Part shown: piece by piece, positions 50,395-58,723 of the stretch
How positions within the stretch are numbered: the first letter of the stretch is position 1
Layout of the letters: each line of letters starts with the position of its first letter
DNA from: an uncultured bacterium
Lineage (GTDB): Bacteria > Fidelibacterota > UBA2242 > JAFGTP01
Reading direction: 5' to 3'
Assembly (NCBI GenBank): GCA_964640055.1
Contig: CAZXFH010000014.1
Coordinates: 1,853-65,852, forward strand
Length of the DNA: 64,000 nt
Notes under the pieces: model-generated
What the model was told of the DNA's origin: nothing
Databases searched by the model: none
What the model saw: the letters and a program-made list of their open reading frames with translations, nothing else
Program-made: the position numbers and the translations under genes

Positions 50395-51602
50395 CCTATT
50401 CGAGCAGGGGCATTTTGCGGACCTGAGTATAATTATCTGTTTGTAACCGGTAAAAGTATATACCGCTCGGCAACTGCCTGCCATTAAAGCTGAAGACGTG
50501 GTCACCAGCCGGCAGATAGCCGGTCTGGATGATCGCAACTTTTTGTCCCATTAAATTATAAACACTAAGATCCATGTTTGTGGATTTTGGCAGACATAAA
50601 CTAATCCGGGTGACGGGATTAAAGGGATTCGGATAGTTCTGCGCGAGTGTAAAGAATTGTGGTGCTCCGTTACCTATGTTTGATTCCAGCAGGAGCTGTT
50701 AGTAATTCAACCATTTCTGCTTCTAATTTATCCGCGAATAAGGGTGCCCCCAACTGGGTGGTGGTCATTATGGTTGTTAAGGGCGTAATGCAAAATATTT
50801 TGGCTTCAGGTTGAAAAGAGCGCAGTGAATCCAGCAACTTTTCATACTGATAAAGTTTATCCGACAGTGGCTTATTATCCCGCATCCAGTCATTGAATCC
50901 CAGGGCAATCGTGATATAATCAACATGTTTATCCTTGAATAGCAAGGCCATCGGCCAACCAGTGCGTGCTCCGGCCACTGCCAGATTATACAAATTCCAG
51001 CCCCCGGACCGGTCCAGCACAAAAGGATAGGTTAAAAAAGAAGCGGACTGATGTCTGGTGCCATGGGTGATCGAATTGCCAATGGCCGCATAAACCGGCT
51101 TGTCAATCGGATCAATCTCATCGAGCTGATAACCCTCTTTCAGACTCAGCCCCGTTAAATCTACTGCATACAGGCTGGGTAGAACCACTTCATAAGAAAC
51201 TGAGGTACCACTATCAGGTGCATAGATGGTAAAACTAAGCTGCTCCTCAATGGCGATCTGGACACTCTCCGCATAGATGGCAAATCCGTTTTGCAGACTC
51301 ATTGTCCCGCCCTCTTCCCGTACCTCAAAGATTAAGTCGATATAGAGACTGGCGGTTCTAAATCGAATCCGGACTCCGGTTTGCGTATAGGCATAGGGCT
51401 ATGAAGTGGCTGAGATCCCGGATTCAGGTTGAGTGAGCACATTGTCTGTATGGCGATTGAATACCACTTTGGAGGAGCATACTTCGGTAAACCAGGCACC
51501 CACGTACTGGATATCAGGATGGTCTAACGGGACCGATACATCACCATCAAGATTGCTGAATAGTAAAGCGATCCAAATCAGGGTAGATATGCGTTTTAGC
51601 AT
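50395..51602 (-). pseudogene. Secreted SGNH/GDSL esterase with N-terminal beta-sandwich domain and T9SS C-terminal domain, interrupted by an in-frame TAG (51399-51401) and a 1-nt frameshift near 50670-50690
   Basis: The 67-aa ORF (signal peptide) and the 210-aa ORF (GNSITHG / GFNDW SGNH motifs) are in the same frame, separated only by TAG. Immediately 3' of the esterase stop, a +1 frame encodes '...FTLAQNYPNPFNPVTRISL...LPSGIYFYRL' (T9SS CTD). Confidence 0.6.
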
Positions 51603-51623
51603 CCTTCTCTCCCTTGTTCACAG

Positions 51624-52103
51624 AATCGAGTAGGAGGGCTCACGCCCTCCGACCTCTCACACCACCGTACGTCCCGCAAAGGCGGGATACAGCGCTTCAT
51701 ATGCGAGGCCCAGGAATTCCACCACGGGCCTCTGCCATTGGCGCCACAGGATTGCCCGGAGCCTTCTCCGTATCCATTCAGCCAGTTCCTCAAAGACACG
51801 TTTCACCTCTGCAAGCCGGAAGTAATGTATCCAGCCCAGCAGCGGTCCTCTGATTTCCGCTATGAATTTCTGCAAGTACTGGACTTTGAGTCTATTAGTC
51901 CTCTCATCCGAGATGACGGCCTCCTATGTCCCGACAAGTCGGGATTCTCAGGCCCGTGCTTTGCCTGCCGCTTCCTTCAGATTCCACCTCACCATGGACA
52001 CCCTTGCTGTTCAGCTAACCGTTCCCCTTGCCGGGCCGGTAGAGGACTTCCGATTACATTGTCGATAAGTCACCTTCAACTGATTGCGCCCTGCCGGGCG
52101 CAC
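51624..52103 (-). mobile_element. Group II intron (class C / IIC), internally deleted copy retaining a 72-aa maturase (IEP domain X) remnant; inserted right after the rpsU terminator
   Basis: The minus strand reads ...GGGCUUUUUUUA|GUGCGCCCGGCAGGGCGCAAUC. The 5' about 230 nt and 3' about 80 nt (domain V with CGC triad, domain VI) match the copy at 31129-31819. ORF 51657-51875 (-) encodes '[37 protein letters not shown]', the maturase/X-domain C-terminus of group II intron-encoded proteins. Confidence 0.7.
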
Positions 52104-52104
52104 T

Positions 52105-52139
52105 AAAAAAAGCCCGTTATCTATAAGAATAACGGGCTT
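52105..52139 (-). terminator. Rho-independent terminator of rpsU (intron target site)
   Basis: AAAGCCCGUUAU-ucuuauaga-UAACGGGCUUU followed by UUUUUUUA on the minus strand. Confidence 0.8.
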
Positions 52140-52170
52140 TTCGAAACCATTGGTTACTTCTGATTACTTT

Positions 52171-52371
52171 TTACCGTCTTTTTTTAAACATATTTCGTCG
52201 ACGTAACCGCTTAATGGCATTGGCTTTTTTCATTTTTCGTTCTGCACTCGGTTTAACATAATAGGTATTTTTTTTATAATCCTTCATAATACCTGCTTTT
52301 TCAAATTTCTTTTTAAACCGTCTCAGAGCACGATCAATCGATTCACCTCTGCGAACATTCACCTCTACCAT
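52171..52371 (-). CDS. rpsU: 30S ribosomal protein S21
   Basis: 66 aa. 'MVEVNVRRGESIDRALRRFKKKFEKAGI...' is the S21 signature. Confidence 0.9.
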   Translation of the reverse strand: MVEVNVRRGESIDRALRRFKKKFEKAGIMKDYKKNTYYVKPSAERKMKKANAIKRLRRRNMFKKRR

Positions 52372-52397
52372 GTAATAGAACTCACCTCACTTTCAAA

Positions 52398-53255
52398 TTA
52401 ACCTAAATAGGATCTTAGGCGTTCACTTCTGGTTTTGTGACGTAGCCGGTTTATGGCCTTTTCTTTAATCTGCCGGACGCGTTCCCGTGTCAAGTTAAAC
52501 TCATCGCCGATCTCGTTCAGGGTTAAAGAGTATTCACGGTCGATCCCAAAGTACATCTGGATGACCTGTCGTTCCCGGTCTTTCAGGGTATTCAGGCTTT
52601 CGCGGATCTCCTGTTTCAGGGATGAACCCATCAGATCCTGATCGGGAGTATCCTGATTTTCATCCCCGATGACATCGATAAGTGCATTTTTCTCACCATC
52701 CTGAAAGGGCTGATCCAGGGATTGATGGCGACGGGAAATGCGGATAGCATTGGAGACATCCTCCGCATTCATTTCCAGACTGTTGGCAATTTCATCTTGC
52801 TGGGGCGTTCTCTCGTTGGTCTTTTCCAGATCTTCGGCTTTTTTAGTTATTTTGCTGATGGTACCGACCCGGTTCAAGGGCAATCGCACAATGCGGGAAT
52901 GTTCCGCCAGGGCCTGTAAAATCGACTGTCTGATCCACCAGACCGCGTAGGAAATAAATTTAAAGCCCCGGGTTTCATCAAAGCGATGGGCGGCTTTTAT
53001 CAAGCCCAGATTACCTTCATTAATCAAATCTGTCAAAGGTAAGCCTTGACCCTGATAATCCTTGGCGACACTGACTACAAAGCGCAAGTTGGACTCGGTT
53101 AATTTCTGGAGAGCAGCCCGATCCCCTTGCCGGACCCGCTGCGCCATCTCCACCTCTTCATCCGGTGAGAGTGGCTCATATTTACTGATTTCCTCCAAGT
53201 ATTTACCCAGCGCCCGATTGGCGTCTGATTTGGTTTTTTTAGCCTTTTTTCCCAT
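52398..53255 (-). CDS. rpoD: RNA polymerase sigma-70 family primary-like sigma factor (short Bacteroidetes-type SigA/RpoD)
   Basis: 285 aa. It has region 2 (DLINEGNLGLIKAAHRFDETRGFKFISYAVWWIRQSI), region 3, and region 4 HTH (LTLNEIGDEFNLTRERVRQIKEKAINRLRH). Confidence 0.8.
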   Translation of the reverse strand: MGKKAKKTKSDANRALGKYLEEISKYEPLSPDEEVEMAQRVRQGDRAALQKLTESNLRFVVSVAKDYQGQGLPLTDLINEGNLGLIKAAHRFDETRGFKFISYAVWWIRQSILQALAEHSRIVRLPLNRVGTISKITKKAEDLEKTNERTPQQDEIANSLEMNAEDVSNAIRISRRHQSLDQPFQDGEKNALIDVIGDENQDTPDQDLMGSSLKQEIRESLNTLKDRERQVIQMYFGIDREYSLTLNEIGDEFNLTRERVRQIKEKAINRLRHKTRSERLRSYLG

Positions 53256-53540
53256 TTATATAAAACCCCATTTTTTTTATATTAATGAATCAAACAAAAA
53301 AACCAAAATGGTTATCTAATCGTTTTTTTAAAGTTCCAGTTTGATCCGATCTGTTCGATAAAAAAAAATTTATCAGGTTACAAACATCCTATAATTTTAA
53401 ATCGAATATTTTTTTAAAGCAACAAAATTTATCGTACTTTAATTTGAATCCGGTTCTTAAATAAAATTTATAGCCCAAAGTTCCCCTTGCTGTGCGATTT
53501 TTTTGCTGCACTCCGGTTGCATTTTTCCCTAAAACACGGA

Positions 53541-54734
53541 TTATATCCAGGTCTGATACATCTTTACTAATTCATTCACCTTTTTCAGATAGTGTTTGGT
53601 CTCGTCATAGGGCAGATCACGGGCTAATTTTTGATATACCCACCGGGGATTATTAGCGTTAACCGTCTTAGAGGTGCTTCCCAACTTTGTGTTACCGGTA
53701 ATGGCGCGGGCCACATTGCCCGGTCCGGTGTTATAGGCACAGATGGTACAGTACCAGGCTTTTTCATCATTGATTATATTTTTAAAATAAACATAACGGA
53801 TTTTGGCTAAATAGGCACAGCCCAATTCGATATTATTGTTGGGCACATACAGATAGTCGGCCTTGAGAAGGCGATCCCGCTTATAAACATAATTATAGGC
53901 GTCCCGCGCCCCTGATCGGGGAACCAATTGCATTAATCCGAAAGCCGGGATATAGGATTTGGCCCGGGGATTAAAATAGGATTCGGTATGCATAACCGCA
54001 AAGGCCACGCTGGGATCGATTTTAAAGCGTTTGGCCTGCCTAAGGACTTCGGCACGGAATTCTTTGGCCCTAATCTCAATATGGTTGGGTACCAGGCTGA
54101 CCTTGACCGAATATTTGACGCGGCTTTTACCATCCCGGGCTTTATATTTTTTCTGCTTGATCTCTTTTTTCTGGACAACCTCTTTGGTATAGGTTTCCGC
54201 ATTAGCGCGGGTTACTTTTGCGCCCCCACCGGTTTTCAGCTGATCCTTTAACAAGGGCTTATCACCGGCCGATTTTTTCTCGGTCAGATTTTTTAATTTT
54301 TTCTGGATTCTGGTTTTGGCCTTTTGCTCGGCCTCGGGATTGTCAGCCTCCTGAATGACTTCCACTTCCACAACGCCCTCTTTGAAGTCCACACTGCCCC
54401 GGGCGTTCAGGTCCTGATCATAATCGACCATTTCTTCTTTGGTATCATGCCGGAATTCTTCCCATTTCTTTTTGATGGCCGCTTCCATGGCTTCCATTTC
54501 CGCCTTGATTTGTTTTTCATAAGCCTCGTATTCACGACTGATTTCCTCCTGGTAATAGCGGAAATCATCGGCCACCTGTTGCATATAGGCCTGATCCTCA
54601 GCTTGAATTGCTTCCAATGCCTTGCGCTGTTCTTCCATGATTTCTTCGACGGTTTTTTGCTTCTGTTGAGCAATTGGAAACACCATAGTGATCAACAATA
54701 GGATTAGCAATAGATTCATTTTACGCATATTCAC
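53541..54734 (-). CDS. Membrane-bound lytic murein transglycosylase (SLT domain, MltD-like) with coiled-coil N-terminal region
   Basis: 397 aa. The SLT catalytic motif 'ESYFNPRAKSYIPAFGLMQLVPRSGARDAY' is present. Confidence 0.7.
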   Translation of the reverse strand: MNMRKMNLLLILLLITMVFPIAQQKQKTVEEIMEEQRKALEAIQAEDQAYMQQVADDFRYYQEEISREYEAYEKQIKAEMEAMEAAIKKKWEEFRHDTKEEMVDYDQDLNARGSVDFKEGVVEVEVIQEADNPEAEQKAKTRIQKKLKNLTEKKSAGDKPLLKDQLKTGGGAKVTRANAETYTKEVVQKKEIKQKKYKARDGKSRVKYSVKVSLVPNHIEIRAKEFRAEVLRQAKRFKIDPSVAFAVMHTESYFNPRAKSYIPAFGLMQLVPRSGARDAYNYVYKRDRLLKADYLYVPNNNIELGCAYLAKIRYVYFKNIINDEKAWYCTICAYNTGPGNVARAITGNTKLGSTSKTVNANNPRWVYQKLARDLPYDETKHYLKKVNELVKMYQTWI

Positions 54735-54812
54735 ACCTCTGTATATAAAATAATAACTTTTTTAAATTTGTCAACTATGCCCGCTTTTTATTCCAAACCA
54801 AGGCTCAATATA

Positions 54813-56003
54813 TTAGTAAGGCAGATAATAGATAAAGCGCAGCGCCCGGTCCATATTGGTTTTAGCTTCAAACAGATGGGTCAGGGCAAATTCGATGCTG
54901 GTCTCGGCGGTCAGGGCCACCCGGAAGCCGGCATTGATCGTGCCGGACCGGAAAATATCGTCGGCTTCCAGGATCAACACAGCCTGGCTCAGAATCTGCT
55001 GTTCATAGGCAAAAAACATATAAAGATTATCCAGCTGCAAGTCCTTGAGCACATGGGTAGTGCCCAGACCTAGGTAGGTTTTCCCCTCACCGACAATCCA
55101 TTTAAATCCATTAAAGACCGTTTTATTGAAAACTGTAAACAATCCACGGGGCGCACCCCAGGTTTCCTGGGCCACCCCCAGGGAATCGTCCCAGGTTTTT
55201 TTCAGGCGAGTATTGCCATAGCCCAGCGCCGCGGACGGATACCAGCTGCCTTCGTTCCAGAAGCGGAATTTGGTATAGAACTGGGGAATTTCAACCCCCA
55301 TCTCAGCATTACCAAGCACCTCGTTGAAGGTTAGGGCGGTACCCACTTCCCAGCGGTTCCAGAAACCAATGGCCGAGCTCATCACCAGATTTCCCATTAC
55401 ATTGGTGCGGAAATCCAGACTGACGTGCCGGCGGTCCAGAGTATAGGGTGTCGGCACACTCAGTAAGGAGGTGATCCGCATCGGAAATTCGGTCATTACG
55501 GCAATGTTTTCGGTGGACTTCACTCCTTTGATATAGGGCGAACCAACGACCCGCTTGGCAGCTATATAGCGTTTTTTCCAGTAATCAGTATCGTAGCGGG
55601 AGTACTTGACACCGTCATTCGAACTGGCATGCAGCATGCGGTGGTCATCGATATACAACCCTACATGGCTGACCCCGCTGCCAAAGGTATTAAAAAACAG
55701 CAAATCGCCTTTTTTTACATTATCCAGGGATATGGTCTTTCCGATTGTATACTGCTCCTTACTGGTGCGCGGAAGTAAAATCCCCTGCTCCTTATAGACT
55801 TGGCTGGTTAACCCGGAACAGTCAACTCCGCTGGTGGACATACCGCCCCAAGCATAGGGTGAGCCAATATATTTCTGAGTGGTTTGATTGAATTGACTTT
55901 CATCCAGACGGGAATAGGTCCCGGCCATGCGCAGGGATGAACACTGCATTATAAATAAAGAAATGAAAAAGCAACTGCCCCATAATGATTTCCGGAAAAT
56001 CAT
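54813..56003 (-). CDS. NlpC/P60 family cell-wall peptidase with C-terminal beta-rich domain
   Basis: 396 aa. 'IGSPYAWGGMSTSGVDCSGLTSQVY...HVGLYIDDHRMLHAS' contains the Cys/His catalytic residues of NlpC/P60. Confidence 0.75.
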   Translation of the reverse strand: MIFRKSLWGSCFFISLFIMQCSSLRMAGTYSRLDESQFNQTTQKYIGSPYAWGGMSTSGVDCSGLTSQVYKEQGILLPRTSKEQYTIGKTISLDNVKKGDLLFFNTFGSGVSHVGLYIDDHRMLHASSNDGVKYSRYDTDYWKKRYIAAKRVVGSPYIKGVKSTENIAVMTEFPMRITSLLSVPTPYTLDRRHVSLDFRTNVMGNLVMSSAIGFWNRWEVGTALTFNEVLGNAEMGVEIPQFYTKFRFWNEGSWYPSAALGYGNTRLKKTWDDSLGVAQETWGAPRGLFTVFNKTVFNGFKWIVGEGKTYLGLGTTHVLKDLQLDNLYMFFAYEQQILSQAVLILEADDIFRSGTINAGFRVALTAETSIEFALTHLFEAKTNMDRALRFIYYLPY

Positions 56004-56028
56004 TACTCCCCCTTTTGGTAATTTAATT

Positions 56029-57009
56029 TTACATATCCATTGTCACCTGAATGCAGACACAAAAATTGCCTTCTTTATCAATACCAACACTTCTTTTACT
56101 GACCGAGATATTGTTTAATTTATTTCGGGCGACTGTTTTGGAGATTCTATCGCCTTCACTATAGCTATCGTCCTCTTCATCATCAGTGTAACTGGACAGC
56201 AGGGACTCTACTTGACTTTCGAGCTGTTGCGACAGATCAGATAGGGCGCGCAGGCTGGCAATCAGGTCAGCCAAATAAAGATTCGGCAGCGCAGCCCGTC
56301 CGTGACCGATCAACTCACCCTCAGTAAATGGTTGATCCTGGAACCATGGTGGCAGGGTATCATTTCCAAACCACTCCCTGAATTGAGGATCAATTTCTAT
56401 GTCCGGGGCAATACTTTTGGCGACGTAAATATTGTCCGTATCAATATTTTGCCCGGTTTGCAGGAACCCTTCGGATCGATATTCGCCGCCAATTTGCGTG
56501 TCAATATAATATTCCAATTCAAAATCTCCGGGCAGAAATTTATCCTGGTAATAGCATTCTTTAGAATAGGCTTTGACCACGCCCGTATTGGGTGTTACAA
56601 CTGCTTTATCCGGGCTTGATTTTACCAGAACATAGAGGTGCCCATCTTGCTTCTGCCAGCGTTCAGCAATTGCAATACCCTCCCTGGTCCCCGGAATATT
56701 TTTAACCATGACTTTTAACACTTCTTCGTATCTGGAGGTGTTATCAATCGCATCATATTTTTTTAAAATGGATGATATTTCACATTGGCTGAATAGGGCT
56801 AGATTCAGGACTGCCCGGTAGAGACAAACTTGCTCTTTTTCAGTGGCATTGCCATTCAAATCCGAAATACCGATACCATATTGATGTTCTTTATCATATT
56901 CATATGCTGCATTCAAATACCAGGGTGGAATTACTCTGTTTTCCTGGCCACTTCCCTTCATGAAGAGGGTAAATCCAATTAACAAAATGAGAATTGTTTT
57001 TTTTAACAT
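56029..57009 (-). CDS. Hypothetical secreted/lipoprotein, LPP20-like N-terminal region
   Basis: 326 aa. It has a signal peptide and an acidic C-terminal tail. Family assignment is weak. Confidence 0.35.
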   Translation of the reverse strand: MLKKTILILLIGFTLFMKGSGQENRVIPPWYLNAAYEYDKEHQYGIGISDLNGNATEKEQVCLYRAVLNLALFSQCEISSILKKYDAIDNTSRYEEVLKVMVKNIPGTREGIAIAERWQKQDGHLYVLVKSSPDKAVVTPNTGVVKAYSKECYYQDKFLPGDFELEYYIDTQIGGEYRSEGFLQTGQNIDTDNIYVAKSIAPDIEIDPQFREWFGNDTLPPWFQDQPFTEGELIGHGRAALPNLYLADLIASLRALSDLSQQLESQVESLLSSYTDDEEDDSYSEGDRISKTVARNKLNNISVSKRSVGIDKEGNFCVCIQVTMDM

Positions 57010-57149
57010 ATCAAATGACTCCTGATGATCTAATTAAAATATTACCGTTGTAAATTGCCATAAAATAATGATCGGCAGCGCTCCTATTTTTCAAATAATA
57101 AGCACCTGATAATCGAAATATATGCCATTCTAAATGGTAATGATAGATT

Positions 57150-58643
57150 TTATTTAAGCGCTTGTTCTAATCCACTGAGAATATCATCCAGGACCAACTT
57201 TGAACAATTTTCCCGCGCCAGTTGATGGGCCTTCGGATAATCATTACCGGCGCCCTTGATGCCCTCCTGAACACTGGCACCGACAATCCGTCCCGATTCC
57301 AGATCCAACACTTTCACATCCGCACTGGCATTGGCAAAATACAGAACACCACTGCTGACATCACCGGATGCGGAATAAAGGGTCCCGATAATAGCATAAT
57401 CGACCACTTCCTGAAGTTCGTCAACCAGCGAGCGATCATCACCATACTGGATGGCCATTTCAATATTATCCAGAGAAATATCCGGGGGCAGACGGCGCGC
57501 ATCAATCACCGTGTAACGGTTCCGGATCAGTTGGCGGATTAAAGCCGGGGTGACCATCTGATTGGGGGTCAGTTCACCGTCGATTTCTTCCAGAATATGA
57601 ACAAACATCTTAACTGAAGCAGCCACATCGATCTGGAAATTGAATTGACAATGGGTTTGTTCCAAGCGCTTGAACAAATTGGGCACTTCAGCCCGAAAGG
57701 GCTCGAGCTCGGCAAAATCGATTCTGGCGGTGATGATTCCTGTTTCTGCCTGGGCACTATTAATCCGGTTGACATAGCAGCTAAACCGACCCTGGGCATC
57801 TGTTACCATATTTTCAGTCAAATCACCGGTGGCATTCATAAATTCTGCTGTGACTGGTAAATTTTTCACGGGATAACTTACTGTTTCCCGGCGATAGCTG
57901 ACCTCGCCAATCAGGGGGTCGGGCAGTCCCCGGTTACGTTCACCCTGCTGACCATTACCGCTAACAGTTTTGAAATAAACCTGTCCCAACAATCGGGACA
58001 GCTCGTTTTCCAAACGAACCTGGAGCATCTCGGAGCGACCATTCTGCTCCAGATCAGCCTCGATCCGCTCCTTGATATTGGCTTGGACAATAAACAATTC
58101 TCCCAACGCTTTACTGTAATTAGACAACGCGGTATACAGATCATCACGCTGCAGGGCTTGCTGAGCATAGCCATGATAATCCCGGGCCATCTTGACTACC
58201 TGCCTGGCACTTTCCCGAAATTGCCGCTCCAGTTCTGCCCGGGATAAGACTGCATAGGAATAGTATGCCTGCTGGCGTTTATCATGATACCGTTCCAAGA
58301 TCTTGATGCCTTTGACCGTGCTCTTGGCATATTGGGTGGTAAAACTGGAGAAACGGGCATTGACCGTGAGCTTTCCCCCTTTTTGTTCCTCGGCATAATA
58401 ATCTTCCAGCTGACTGGTCACCGCCGTACTGATCTCATGAATAATCTGGCTGATCGCCTGCTTATCGGCTTGGGCCTGATCCTGCTGGGGATTGCCAGTA
58501 TCGGAAGCGTAGCCAACTCCCTGCAGTAGATCGCGGTGGTCAGGTAACTTTTCAATCCATTCCGGCCGCTTATCTGATAATAACTGTGAAAATAAAATTC
58601 CAGTACAAATGATGGTTACCAATATGACTCTGTTCATTCTCAC
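57150..58643 (-). CDS. Hypothetical secreted protein with LPP20-like N-terminal region and FlgO/CsgG-like C-terminal domain
   Basis: 497 aa. The C-terminal 'AIIGTLYSASGDVSSGVLYFANASADVKVLDLESGRIVGA' resembles the domain in the 18280-19263 lipoprotein. Confidence 0.35.
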   Translation of the reverse strand: MRMNRVILVTIICTGILFSQLLSDKRPEWIEKLPDHRDLLQGVGYASDTGNPQQDQAQADKQAISQIIHEISTAVTSQLEDYYAEEQKGGKLTVNARFSSFTTQYAKSTVKGIKILERYHDKRQQAYYSYAVLSRAELERQFRESARQVVKMARDYHGYAQQALQRDDLYTALSNYSKALGELFIVQANIKERIEADLEQNGRSEMLQVRLENELSRLLGQVYFKTVSGNGQQGERNRGLPDPLIGEVSYRRETVSYPVKNLPVTAEFMNATGDLTENMVTDAQGRFSCYVNRINSAQAETGIITARIDFAELEPFRAEVPNLFKRLEQTHCQFNFQIDVAASVKMFVHILEEIDGELTPNQMVTPALIRQLIRNRYTVIDARRLPPDISLDNIEMAIQYGDDRSLVDELQEVVDYAIIGTLYSASGDVSSGVLYFANASADVKVLDLESGRIVGASVQEGIKGAGNDYPKAHQLARENCSKLVLDDILSGLEQALK

Positions 58644-58723
58644 AATGTTGATCCTCCCGGAAATGGTTTTATTATTTTAAACGCTAGAGATAATCCTCCC
58701 CTAGCAGTCATCACAGATCTGAA

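Noticed and set aside
50002-50538. 178-aa ORF antisense to the end of the GHL10 gene
   Set aside because: It is mostly antisense to a well-supported CDS. The real coding sequence in 50395-50655(-) is in a different frame (the T9SS CTD remnant of the SGNH pseudogene).
51596-52106. ORFs 51596-51799(-), 51614-51853(+) and 51738-52106(+) around the intron copy B
   Set aside because: They overlap the intron and are on the wrong strand or frame. Only 51657-51875(-) shows real protein similarity (maturase remnant) and is treated as part of the mobile element, not as a gene.
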